Of a stretch of DNA of 59,925 bases, positions 47,388-56,118 are shown piece by piece. Position 1 is the stretch's first letter, and the number at the start of each line of letters is the position of its first letter. The stretch is from Gammaproteobacteria bacterium (GTDB taxonomy: Bacteria; Pseudomonadota; Gammaproteobacteria; Natronospirales; JAJUFS01), in NCBI GenBank assembly GCA_036381715.1, contig DASVCH010000172.1, forward strand, positions 1 to 59,925, written 5' to 3'. Made by a program: the position numbers and the translations under genes. The notes beneath the pieces were generated by a model, which searched no databases, had not been told where the DNA came from, and saw nothing but the letters and a program-made list of their open reading frames with translations.

Positions 47388-47402
47388 GTGCCCCAGGGGT
47401 AT
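47388..47402. promoter_or_regulatory. Second CsoR-like box
   Basis: GTGCCCC-A-GGGGTAT next to TTGACG (47406-47411). Confidence 0.5.
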
Positions 47403-47422
47403 GTCTTGACGAATTTGTCCAG

Positions 47423-47449
47423 TTGAAAAGTCCGAACTCGGACTATAAT
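47423..47449 (+). promoter_or_regulatory. Pirin promoter with palindromic operator in the spacer
   Basis: TTGAAA ... TATAAT (15-nt spacer) with AGTCCGA-AC-TCGGACT at 47429-47444. Confidence 0.55.
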
Positions 47450-47496
47450 TCCTCTCCAGTACCTATCGGGAATGATCATTGCCAGGAGTCTGCGAC

Positions 47497-48342
47497 ATGC
47501 AATTGCGAGCTTTTGAACGCCTCATCAAGGGGCAGGCGACGTCCGACGGCGCGGGCGTGCGGCTGAAACGCACCCTCGGCCAGAGCCAGGGCGCGCGCCT
47601 GGACCCATTCCTGATGCTCGACGAATTCCGTTCCGACAGGGCGGACGACTACATCGCCGGTTTCCCGGCGCATCCGCACCGCGGCTTCGAAACCGTCACC
47701 TACATGCTCGCTGGCCGGATGCGGCACGAGGACCACCTCGGCAACCGCGGCGTCATCGAGGGTGGCGGCGTGCAATGGATGACCGCCGCGCGCGGCATCA
47801 TCCACGCCGAGATGCCGGAGCAGGAATCCGGCCTGATGCACGGCTTCCAGCTGTGGCTGAATCTGCCGGCCGACGAAAAGATGAAGGATCCCGCCTGGCG
47901 GGACATCCCGTCGGGCGATGTGCCGTCGACGGACATCGATGGTGGTTCCGTGCGCGTCATCGCGGGCGCGTTCAACGGCATCGATGGTGCGGTCCATGGC
48001 GCGAGCACGGCGCCGCTGTACCTGGACGTGCGCCTGGAGCCCGGCAGGAATTTCGAGCTCGCGCTGGACGATGGCCGCAACGCCTTTGCCTATGTTTTCG
48101 AGGGCGAACTGCGGAACCCGGCCGGCAACGGCCACCCGGCGCTTTCCGAGGGCATGCTCGGCGTGTTCGGCAAAGGCGAGGGCGTCCGCCTTGAAGCGGG
48201 CGCGGCCGGCGCGAGCTTCCTGCTGCTTGCCGCGAAGCCCTTGCGCGAGCCGGTTGTCCAGTACGGGCCGTTCGTGATGAACACGCGCGAGGAGATCGAG
48301 CAGGCGATGCGGGACTACCAGTCGGGAAGTTTCGGCCGGTAG
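47497..48342 (+). CDS. Pirin family protein
   Basis: DGAGV, LDPFLMLDEF, HPHRGFETVTY, H.EMP, FQLWLNLP, YGPFVMN. Confidence 0.95.
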   Translation: MQLRAFERLIKGQATSDGAGVRLKRTLGQSQGARLDPFLMLDEFRSDRADDYIAGFPAHPHRGFETVTYMLAGRMRHEDHLGNRGVIEGGGVQWMTAARGIIHAEMPEQESGLMHGFQLWLNLPADEKMKDPAWRDIPSGDVPSTDIDGGSVRVIAGAFNGIDGAVHGASTAPLYLDVRLEPGRNFELALDDGRNAFAYVFEGELRNPAGNGHPALSEGMLGVFGKGEGVRLEAGAAGASFLLLAAKPLREPVVQYGPFVMNTREEIEQAMRDYQSGSFGR

Positions 48343-48366
48343 GGAGAGCGGCGGGACCCGGCGCCG

Positions 48367-48786
48367 CTAGCTGGAGATGAGGCCTGACAGCCAGTTGCGC
48401 GGCTTCGGTTGCGGGGCGCTGTGTTCCGGGACGGAACAGTGCTGCAGCACCCAGCGCCGCACGTCGGACTCGGAAATGCAGCCGCCGGCGTAGGGCACGC
48501 GAATCAGGAACTCCGCCATGAAGCTGCGATGCAGCCGCCAGGCAACGGCGGAACACTCGCCTTCCTCGCAGCTGATCGCGGCTTCGCCGTCGATGCCCGC
48601 CGGCAGGATCCAGTTGAGGATGTTCAGCGCCAGTTCGGCGGTGGCGGGCCCGATGTAGCCCCAGTCAAGGGTCTCGACGCCATAGTGCCGGACCGAGCGC
48701 GGCAGGCTCGCGTAAACGTTGCCGTCCTCGTCGCGGTCGAGCACGAGGTCCTTGTCAGGCCTGCGGTCCTTCGATTTGCCAATCAT
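48367..48786 (-). CDS. Hypothetical protein resembling DUF6166
   Basis: RH....LDWGY.G...AELALNIL...AWRLHRSF..EF resembles the HSPTGFEWGYGGSGPAxLAL pattern, recognised from memory. Confidence 0.6.
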   Translation of the reverse strand: MIGKSKDRRPDKDLVLDRDEDGNVYASLPRSVRHYGVETLDWGYIGPATAELALNILNWILPAGIDGEAAISCEEGECSAVAWRLHRSFMAEFLIRVPYAGGCISESDVRRWVLQHCSVPEHSAPQPKPRNWLSGLISS

Positions 48787-48923
48787 GGCTGCCTCCCCCG
48801 AGATGCCCTGCTGGATCGGCTGAAACTAGCCTGTCGCGCGCGAAAACGCTGTCAGCCAGGGCTGATTCGGCCGTCAGCCGTTGCGCTTGCCGCGGCCGGA
48901 ATCCGTATCGGAAGATGCCGGGG

Positions 48924-49400
48924 ATGAAACCTCTCGTTCATGTCCGTGAAGCCGCCCTCGCCGATGCGCCTGTCATCGCGCGGCTTTCCATCCGCGAAAG
49001 CGCGAGGCACATACGCGCCGATTGCAGTGCCGCGGGCTTTCGCGAACTGCTGGCCACCCTGGCGGCGCGGGCCGTGGAAACGCGCCTGCGTGACGGTGAC
49101 TTCCGCTACTGGGTGGCCGAAGACGAGGCCGGGGTCTGTGGCATCTGCGCGCTGCGCGAAACGGCGCACCTGTATCACCTGTTCGTCGCCAGCGACCGGC
49201 ATGGCCGTGGCATCGGCCGCCGGCTCTGGGAAACGGCCCGCGACGACAGCCTCGCGCGGCGGCCGTCGCTGGAAACCTTCACGGTCAACGCTTCCACGTT
49301 TGCAGTGCCGGTGTATGCGCGGCTGGGATTCCGCCGTGACGGTGGCGAATGGATCAGGAACGGCATCCGTTCCTGGCCGATGTCATTGCGCGTTCGCTGA
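48924..49400 (+). CDS. GNAT family N-acetyltransferase
   Basis: HLYHLFV...HGRGIGRRL, TVNAS.FAVPVY.RLGF. Confidence 0.88.
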   Translation: MKPLVHVREAALADAPVIARLSIRESARHIRADCSAAGFRELLATLAARAVETRLRDGDFRYWVAEDEAGVCGICALRETAHLYHLFVASDRHGRGIGRRLWETARDDSLARRPSLETFTVNASTFAVPVYARLGFRRDGGEWIRNGIRSWPMSLRVR

Positions 49401-49898
49401 ACGTCCTGCCAGCGCGGCGGCCAGGAGCCCGGTCAAAAGCGCGATCATCAGCGCCGTGCCGAACTGCAGCATCGCCTGCGAAAACGGATCGGTGATGAAG
49501 TCCTTCATCTGTTCGGCGGCGGCGAGCATCCGCCGCGTTTCCTCGGGCGAGGCCGCCGCGGCCTTCACGCGCTCCACGTATTGCAGGTAGAAGCGTTGCA
49601 GGAATTCGCGGTCGATGACGGCGTAGTGCAGCCATGAAGCGAGGCCATGCACGATCGCCGCAACGGCGCCCGCCAGCATCGCGAGGAAATAACGCGGCAG
49701 GAACGCAGCCGGTTGTGGAAAGCTCCCGCGTGCGAAACGGATGGCAGCGAACTGCGCCGCCCCCGCCGCGATCGCCATGATTGCGAGCCCGATGATCTCG
49801 CTCGCACCGTAGCCGGGATCCGCTTTCGCGAGCAGGATCGAGGCGATTCCGGACAGTATTCCGGCGACGATGCCGGGGTAGAGAAAGCTGCGCGGCAT
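49383..49898 (-). CDS. Multi-TM membrane protein (DUF4199-like)
   Basis: Four hydrophobic helices with a soluble helical loop (YAVIDREFLQRF). Confidence 0.65.
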   Translation of the reverse strand: MPRSFLYPGIVAGILSGIASILLAKADPGYGASEIIGLAIMAIAAGAAQFAAIRFARGSFPQPAAFLPRYFLAMLAGAVAAIVHGLASWLHYAVIDREFLQRFYLQYVERVKAAAASPEETRRMLAAAEQMKDFITDPFSQAMLQFGTALMIALLTGLLAAALAGRSANAQ

Positions 49899-49986
49899 GG
49901 TGCTGCTCCGTGGACGAAACCGGAAGACTAAAGGCTGGAGACTGGGCGCGAAAGATGAAAATGGACGCCGTCATTCGTGATCGACG

Positions 49987-50006
49987 AATCCTGTCGATCC
50001 TGTCCG
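49987..50006 (-). repeat. CAGGAT-based repeat element, copy D
   Basis: Minus strand CGGACAGGATCGACAGGATT, 13 nt after the REC-EAL stop codon. Confidence 0.65.
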
Positions 50007-50019
50007 TTGCGCTTGCCTT

Positions 50020-51201
50020 TCAATGCCGCCGGCTGTCGATCCAGTCGGAAACCGCGTGGCCCGGCATCGGACGCGCGATGAAGAATCCCTGCACGAAGTC
50101 GCAGCCCGTGCGATGCAGGAAGTCCATCGTCGCCGCGTCTTCGACGCCCTCGGCAACCACGCGCAGGTCGAGCTTGTGACCGAGTTCGATGAACGAGCTG
50201 ATGATGGAACGGGATTCCTTCGAAACCGCCGCCGTCATGACGAAGGACTTGTCGACCTTCATTTCCGAGAACGGCAGCCGGGCAAGCTGCGCCATGGACG
50301 AGTACCCCGTACCGACGTCGTCGATCGACACGTGGAAACCTTTCATGCGCAGGCGCGTGACAAGGTCCAGCGCGAGCACGGGGTCGTCCATCGCCGTGGT
50401 TTCCGTCAACTCCAGGATCAGGCGGTCGGGGTCGATGCCGGCGTCGGCGCATTGCCGCGCCAGCCGGTCGGCGAGCCCGAGATCGACGAGGGCCTTTGCC
50501 GAAAGGTTCACCGACAGGGAAAGCGGCATGTCGTTGCGGACATCGCGCATCCAGCGCATGGCCTCGTCCAGGATCTGGGTGGTGATTTCACCGATCAGGT
50601 TCAGCCGTTCCGCGAGCGGAATGAACGCATCCGGCATGATCATGCCGAGGGACGGGTGACGCCAGCGGACCAGCGCTTCGAAACCCGAAACCCGCCCGGA
50701 ACCGCAGTGAATCTTCGGCTGGTAGTAGACGTCGAACTGCCTTTTTTCGATGGCGGTGCGCAGGTCGTCTTCCGTGATCGGCGGCGTTTTCGCCTTTTTC
50801 GGCGTTTCCACCGGCGCGCTTTTCCGCGCGGGTTCGCCGGTCTGGAGAAAATTCTGCAGTTCCCTGGCCGAAAGCGGTTTCGACAGCACCCCCGCGATGC
50901 GCAGCCCTTTTTCCGCGGCCGTGCGCCTTGCGGCGTCCAGCACGCGGTTGCCGACGCCGCTCAGGATGACAATGCGGGCGTCGCACTTGCGCTCGGCGAG
51001 ATGCCGCATGATCTCGACGCCATCCATCTCGGGCATGACCAGGTCAAGCACGATGTGCGTCGGCTTCCAGTCGTCGATCGCCTGGAAAAACGCATCCGGC
51101 CGGAAAAATGACCGCGCTTCCATGCCGGCGGCTTCGGCGATGTAGCGGATGGTCTCGCCGACAGCGGCATCGTCATCGAGTATCAGAATGCGGCTTGTCA
51201 T
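50020..51201 (-). CDS. Response regulator REC-EAL c-di-GMP phosphodiesterase
   Basis: ILDDD, LDLVMP, KP; YQPK, EAL.RW, SVN, ELTE, IDDVGTGYS, KVDKS, AEGVE, QG. Confidence 0.94.
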   Translation of the reverse strand: MTSRILILDDDAAVGETIRYIAEAAGMEARSFFRPDAFFQAIDDWKPTHIVLDLVMPEMDGVEIMRHLAERKCDARIVILSGVGNRVLDAARRTAAEKGLRIAGVLSKPLSARELQNFLQTGEPARKSAPVETPKKAKTPPITEDDLRTAIEKRQFDVYYQPKIHCGSGRVSGFEALVRWRHPSLGMIMPDAFIPLAERLNLIGEITTQILDEAMRWMRDVRNDMPLSLSVNLSAKALVDLGLADRLARQCADAGIDPDRLILELTETTAMDDPVLALDLVTRLRMKGFHVSIDDVGTGYSSMAQLARLPFSEMKVDKSFVMTAAVSKESRSIISSFIELGHKLDLRVVAEGVEDAATMDFLHRTGCDFVQGFFIARPMPGHAVSDWIDSRRH

Positions 51202-54200
51202 TGCCCTTGTCTCTGTCGTTGTCTTTCCGGCCGGATTCCTGCAGCGCCTGGCGCAGCTTCTTCGCGAGCTCGGTGCGCTGGTAGGGTTTCTGCAGAAGAT
51301 GGACGCCCCGGTCCAGCCGTCCCTGGTGCACGATGGCGTTCTCGGTGTAGCCGGAGGTGTAGAGGACTTTCAGTTTCGGCCGCAGCCGTTTCGCCGTCTC
51401 GGCGAGTTCCCGCCCCGTCATGCCGCCCGACATGATCACGTCCGTGAACAGCAGGTCGATGTCGCTTTCGCGTTTCATGATTTCAAGCGCCCGCGGTCCG
51501 TCGGGCGCGGCAATGACGTTGTAGCCGAGTTTCTGCAGCTGGCTGGCCGCGTGCTCGCGCACGAGCTCGTCGTCTTCGACGATCAGCACTTTCTCCGAGC
51601 CGGAGGGCTCCGTTTTCGTGCCGGCGCCGAGGGTCGCGGCTTCTTCGGCCCGGTTCGCGCGCCGCAGGTAGAGCCGTACCGTCGTGCCCTGGCCCGGCTC
51701 GGAGTAGATCTTGATGTGACCTTCCGACTGCTTGGCGAACCCGTAGGCCATGCTGAGCCCGAGCCCGGTGCCCTTGCCTTTTTCCTTGGTGGTGAAAAAC
51801 GGATCGAATACGCGGCCGAGATTCTCGGGGGGAATGCCATGGCCGGTGTCGGAGACGGCGATCATCACGTACCGCCCCGGCGTGACTTCCGCGTTGTCGG
51901 CGGCGTACGCGTCGTCAAGCTCGACGTTGTCGATCTCGATGGTCAGGAGACCGCCTTCCGGCATCGCGTCCCTGGCGTTGATCGCGAGGTTCAGCAGCAC
52001 CGCTTCAAGCTGGCCCGGATCGACGAACGCCCACCAGGCGTTGTCCCGCGGGATGACTTCGAGATCGATGTTCTCCAGCAACGTGCGGCGCAGGAGATCC
52101 TCCATCCCGAGCACCAGCTGATTGACATCGATCATGTGCGGTTCAAGCGCCTGGCGCCGTGCGAACGCGAGCAGGCGATGGGTGAGCTCGGCGCCGCGGT
52201 TCGCTGCCGTCCGGCTCATTTCCGCCAGCTTGTGCAGCGGATCGCCGGCGGGCACGCGATCGAGCATGAGTTCGGCGTTGCCGAGGATGACGGTCAGCAG
52301 GTTGTTGAAATCGTGCGCCACGCCGCCGGTCAGCTTGCCGATGGATTCCAGCCGTTGCGACTGCCGCAACTGTTCCTCAAGCGCGAGGCGCTCGGTGATG
52401 TTGGTATCGATCGTCAGTATGCTCTGGGGCCTGCCGTTGTCGTCTCTTGCCAGCGTCCAGGCGCCGTCGATGTTGACGATGCTGCCGTCCTTGCGGCGCT
52501 TGGTGATCTCGCCGTTCCATTCATCCTTTTCCAGCACGTGCCGGACCGCGGCGTGAAACGTCTGCGGCGACGGCTGCAGCAGTTCCTCCATGTCGCGTCC
52601 GATCGCTTCCCCGGCCGTCCAGCCGTACAGCCGTTCCGCGCCCTTGTTCCAGTAGGTGATGCGGTTGTCCACGTCACGGACGATGATCGCGTCGCGCGCC
52701 TGGTCGAGCAGCGCCGCTTGCTGCTGCAGGCGCATCTCGTGTTCCTTGCGTTCCGTGACGTCATGCATGGTGGTCAGCGCGTAGACCGCCTCGCCGTCGC
52801 TGTTCCGGACCATTGTCGAACGCAGCGCGACCCAGACCGTTTTGCCATCGCGCCGAAGGTAGCGTTTCTCCGCCTGATAGCTGGCGATCTCCCCGGATGC
52901 AAGCGCGCGCAGCGCGTCGCGGCCGGCCTCGAGATCGTCGGGATGCGTCAGTTCCGCGAAATTTCGGCCCTTCAGTTCTTCCTGCGTGTAACCGAGCAAC
53001 TCGGCGAACGCGGGGTTGACGCGCCGGAACCTGCCGTCGAGATCGACTTCGCAGATGCCGGTCTGCACCTTGTCGAACGTGGCAGCGAGATGTTCCGCGT
53101 AACGGTGCAGGGCTTCGTCGGCCTGCTTGCGTTCGGTGATGTCGCGAACGAACGCGCTGAACGTGAAGCCCTCGCTGCCTTTCAGGGCCACGATGGAGAG
53201 TTCGACGGGAAATTCGTGTCCGTCCCGGTGCAAGGCGGTGACTTCCGTGTGCCGGTTGAGGAGGGGGCCTTCGCCGGTTTCAAGGAAACGCGCGATGCCG
53301 CGGCGATGGGCCGCGCGGAACGCTTCGGGAATGACGAGTTCGTACAGGCAGCCGCCGACGGCTTCGTCGCGCGACCAGCCGAAGGTTTTTTCGGCCTGCG
53401 GGTTCCAGCCGGTGATGACGCTGCCGGCGTCGATGGTGATGACCGCGTCCAGGGCGTTCCGGACGATCAGTTGCGTGCGTTCCTCGCTTTCGCGGCGCGC
53501 CGCCTCGGCCTGCTTGCGGTCGGTGATGTCGCGGAAGTAGACGGCGAGGCCGTCGGGGGACGGATAGGCTGTCACGTCAAGCCACAGCTTCAGCGGAGGA
53601 AAGTACTCCTCGAAGGTCACGGTGCGGTTTTCGGCCTTTGCGCGACGGTATTCATGTTCGAAGCCGGTGCCCGCGGCTTCCTTGTATTCCTCCCAGATAT
53701 TCTTTCCGAGAATTTCCTCGCGCGGCCGCCGGACGATCCTTTCCGCCTGCCGGTTCATGAAGGTCAGGCGCCATTGATTGTCCACCGTGGCAAAGCCGTC
53801 GCTGATGCTCTCGAAGGTGGCAGTGAGGCGCTCGGCAAGGTTTTCGATTTTCGCTTCCGCCTGTTTCTTTTGCGTGATGTCCTGCAGGGCGCCGCGGACG
53901 CACGCCACTTTGCCATGCGCGTCGTACACCGCCTGTCCGATCACGCGGGCCCAGGCGCGCCGGCCCTTCGCCGTGACGATCTGGAATTCCAGGTCGTAGG
54001 GTTTGCCTTCGTGAATGCAGGCGTCGAGCGCTTCGCGTATCGTGTCGCGCCACTTCGGTGCAACGTACCGGAGGGCATCGGCGAAATTGATGCGCGAACC
54101 CGGCGGCAGCTCGTGAATCGCCGCCACTTCGTCGGACCAGGTGATTTCCTGTTCGGCAACATCGAGCTGCCACGCGCCCAGCTTCGCCATCTGGCCTGCG

Positions 54201-55126
54201 GCGCGCATCAGGTGTTCGCTGCGTTGCAGGCGTTCCTGTTCCTGCCTGTTCTCCGTGATGTCCTGCAGGGTGCCGAACAGGCGCTCGGGTCTGCCGTCAT
54301 CGTCCCTTACCAGTTGCACGCGTTCGCGCACGTGCCGGACTTCGCCGTCGGGCCGGACGATGCGATGTTCGAATTCCGCCTGTTCGCCGCGCATTGCCCG
54401 CTCGCGTGCCGCGTCGAGCAGGGGCCTGTCGTCCGGATGCACGATGGCTGCAATCACTTCCGGCGATGGCGGCGTGCCTCTGTCCAGTCCGAGAATGTTG
54501 TAAACCTCGTCCGACCAGGTGCGTTGCCCGTCACCGATGCCGAGTTCCATGCTGCCGATATGCGCGATGCGCTGGGCGAAACTGAGATGCTCGTTCAGCC
54601 GTTTCAATTCCTGCGATCGCTGCACGAGATCCGCTTCCATCTGCCTCGCGCGCGATTCGAGTTGCCGCTGTCCGGCGGAAGTTTCGCTTTCGCGCTGTTC
54701 GTGGCGGATCAGTTCCGTGACGTCCCTGATGTGTTGAATGATGTGGGTCAGCTTGCCGTTCCCGTCGAAGACCGGCGCGTTCACCGTGCTCCAGTAGCGT
54801 TCCCCGGCCCCGCCGTCCCGCGTGGAGCGGCGAACCGGAAGGTGCAGCACCGGCATCTCGTCTTCGTGGCCGTGCGTCCTTACCCGTTCCAGGGACTCGC
54901 GCAGCTTGCGTATGTCTCCGGCGTTCCCGGGGAACGCTTCGAAAATCGACTTTCCGACGAGGTCTTCACGCCGCCGCATGCTGGCCTCGAGCAGGCCGTC
55001 GCTGACGGCGATGATCCGGTAGCTGTCATCCGCCTCCGTGAGCAAGTAGATTCCGGGCAGCGAATCGAACACTGCGTGCAGGTTCACGGGAGCGGTATCG
55101 TCGGCATGTCGGTTGCCATCTGCCAT
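51173..55126 (-). CDS. Cytoplasmic hybrid histidine kinase with about 7 PAS domains
   Basis: Repeated PAS/PAC units ending DITE.K; GGVAHDFNNLL H-box, NLAINARDAM, DTG.G, PFFTTK, GTGLGL, C-terminal REC; no TM. Confidence 0.95.
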   Translation of the reverse strand: MADGNRHADDTAPVNLHAVFDSLPGIYLLTEADDSYRIIAVSDGLLEASMRRREDLVGKSIFEAFPGNAGDIRKLRESLERVRTHGHEDEMPVLHLPVRRSTRDGGAGERYWSTVNAPVFDGNGKLTHIIQHIRDVTELIRHEQRESETSAGQRQLESRARQMEADLVQRSQELKRLNEHLSFAQRIAHIGSMELGIGDGQRTWSDEVYNILGLDRGTPPSPEVIAAIVHPDDRPLLDAARERAMRGEQAEFEHRIVRPDGEVRHVRERVQLVRDDDGRPERLFGTLQDITENRQEQERLQRSEHLMRAAGQMAKLGAWQLDVAEQEITWSDEVAAIHELPPGSRINFADALRYVAPKWRDTIREALDACIHEGKPYDLEFQIVTAKGRRAWARVIGQAVYDAHGKVACVRGALQDITQKKQAEAKIENLAERLTATFESISDGFATVDNQWRLTFMNRQAERIVRRPREEILGKNIWEEYKEAAGTGFEHEYRRAKAENRTVTFEEYFPPLKLWLDVTAYPSPDGLAVYFRDITDRKQAEAARRESEERTQLIVRNALDAVITIDAGSVITGWNPQAEKTFGWSRDEAVGGCLYELVIPEAFRAAHRRGIARFLETGEGPLLNRHTEVTALHRDGHEFPVELSIVALKGSEGFTFSAFVRDITERKQADEALHRYAEHLAATFDKVQTGICEVDLDGRFRRVNPAFAELLGYTQEELKGRNFAELTHPDDLEAGRDALRALASGEIASYQAEKRYLRRDGKTVWVALRSTMVRNSDGEAVYALTTMHDVTERKEHEMRLQQQAALLDQARDAIIVRDVDNRITYWNKGAERLYGWTAGEAIGRDMEELLQPSPQTFHAAVRHVLEKDEWNGEITKRRKDGSIVNIDGAWTLARDDNGRPQSILTIDTNITERLALEEQLRQSQRLESIGKLTGGVAHDFNNLLTVILGNAELMLDRVPAGDPLHKLAEMSRTAANRGAELTHRLLAFARRQALEPHMIDVNQLVLGMEDLLRRTLLENIDLEVIPRDNAWWAFVDPGQLEAVLLNLAINARDAMPEGGLLTIEIDNVELDDAYAADNAEVTPGRYVMIAVSDTGHGIPPENLGRVFDPFFTTKEKGKGTGLGLSMAYGFAKQSEGHIKIYSEPGQGTTVRLYLRRANRAEEAATLGAGTKTEPSGSEKVLIVEDDELVREHAASQLQKLGYNVIAAPDGPRALEIMKRESDIDLLFTDVIMSGGMTGRELAETAKRLRPKLKVLYTSGYTENAIVHQGRLDRGVHLLQKPYQRTELAKKLRQALQESGRKDNDRDKGNDKPHSDTR

Positions 55127-55429
55127 TGTTGCGGCGATACCTCTTTTTCTGGAAACACGCGGGCAATTCTTGACGAGGAAACCGATGGCTTCCGGCAGTC
55201 ACGCCTGACACATATTGGAGCAAATGACCGCGAAAACCAGTGTAGTGAGGGGTGTAAATATTGATACGGGTGGAAACTTCTAATTGGAAGAATGCGGGAG
55301 GTTTCCACTCACGTTCCGTCGCGAGTGCCCGGCAATTTCAAGGCGGGGCGCGGGTATTGAAAAGGATGAAGCGACATATCGCTGCAATGAATGAAGCGCG
55401 GGACAGGGTATTCGCTGTATGAGTTCAGC

Positions 55430-55471
55430 CGCGAAAAAAAACCGCGACGGTGTCGCGGTTTTTTTTTCGCG
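55430..55471. terminator. Strong bidirectional intrinsic terminator
   Basis: CGCGAAAAAAAACCGCGAC-ggt-GTCGCGGTTTTTTTTTCGCG. Confidence 0.88.
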
Positions 55472-55488
55472 CTGCACTCAACCCGCGC

Positions 55489-56085
55489 TTACACGGCGAT
55501 CGGCGGCGGCTGGCTTCGCGCTGTCGCTTCCTGGCGATTCAGTTCCTGCGCGATGGAACCGAGCGCCGGATAGTCGAGCGGCACGAGACCGTAGATCTTC
55601 AGGTGGTCCCACAGGCTGACAAGATGAAACTCCAGGTAGCCCGGATGTTCGGTGTTGAAGAACATCGCCTGGCCTTCCAGCCATTGCAGGCCGTTTTCGA
55701 TCGCGGCACGCGCCTTTTGAAAGAAGGCGTGCGGCTGCGTGTCGAGACCGGTTCTTTCCGCCAGGACGATTTTCACCTCGTCCGCCATGATGCCGTTGAT
55801 GACTGCGCGCGTGTTCAGGATCGCGGTGTCATCGGTCAGGACGCGGAACCTGTCATGCGGATCGTGTCTTCGCACAATATGAGCGGCGATGTGATCGGAT
55901 TCGATCAGCCACAGATCCTTGTCGCGCAAAACGGGAACCTGCATCAGCGGATTGCCCTGGAACAGTTCCATGTTCTGATCGGCTGCGTTGCCGACGTCGA
56001 CCAGTTCGTAATCCAGCCCGTAGTGATCCAGCAGAAGACGGACCTTCCGGGAGAAATGCGAGCGTGCAGTCACGAAGAGTTGCAT
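55489..56085 (-). CDS. Glutathione S-transferase family protein
   Basis: SHFSRKVR, NPLMQVPVL, LIESDHI. Confidence 0.85.
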   Translation of the reverse strand: MQLFVTARSHFSRKVRLLLDHYGLDYELVDVGNAADQNMELFQGNPLMQVPVLRDKDLWLIESDHIAAHIVRRHDPHDRFRVLTDDTAILNTRAVINGIMADEVKIVLAERTGLDTQPHAFFQKARAAIENGLQWLEGQAMFFNTEHPGYLEFHLVSLWDHLKIYGLVPLDYPALGSIAQELNRQEATARSQPPPIAV

Positions 56086-56118
56086 GGCGGCTCCGGTTTT
56101 CTGGAAGACCCTGGCGGA

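Noticed and set aside
51149..55264. 1371-aa + strand ORF, and similar long antisense ORFs (1722-3554, 3821-5683, 17141-19057, 37949-40015)
   Set aside because: Each mirrors a well-supported gene on the opposite strand; expected from high-GC codon bias, and no recognisable motifs
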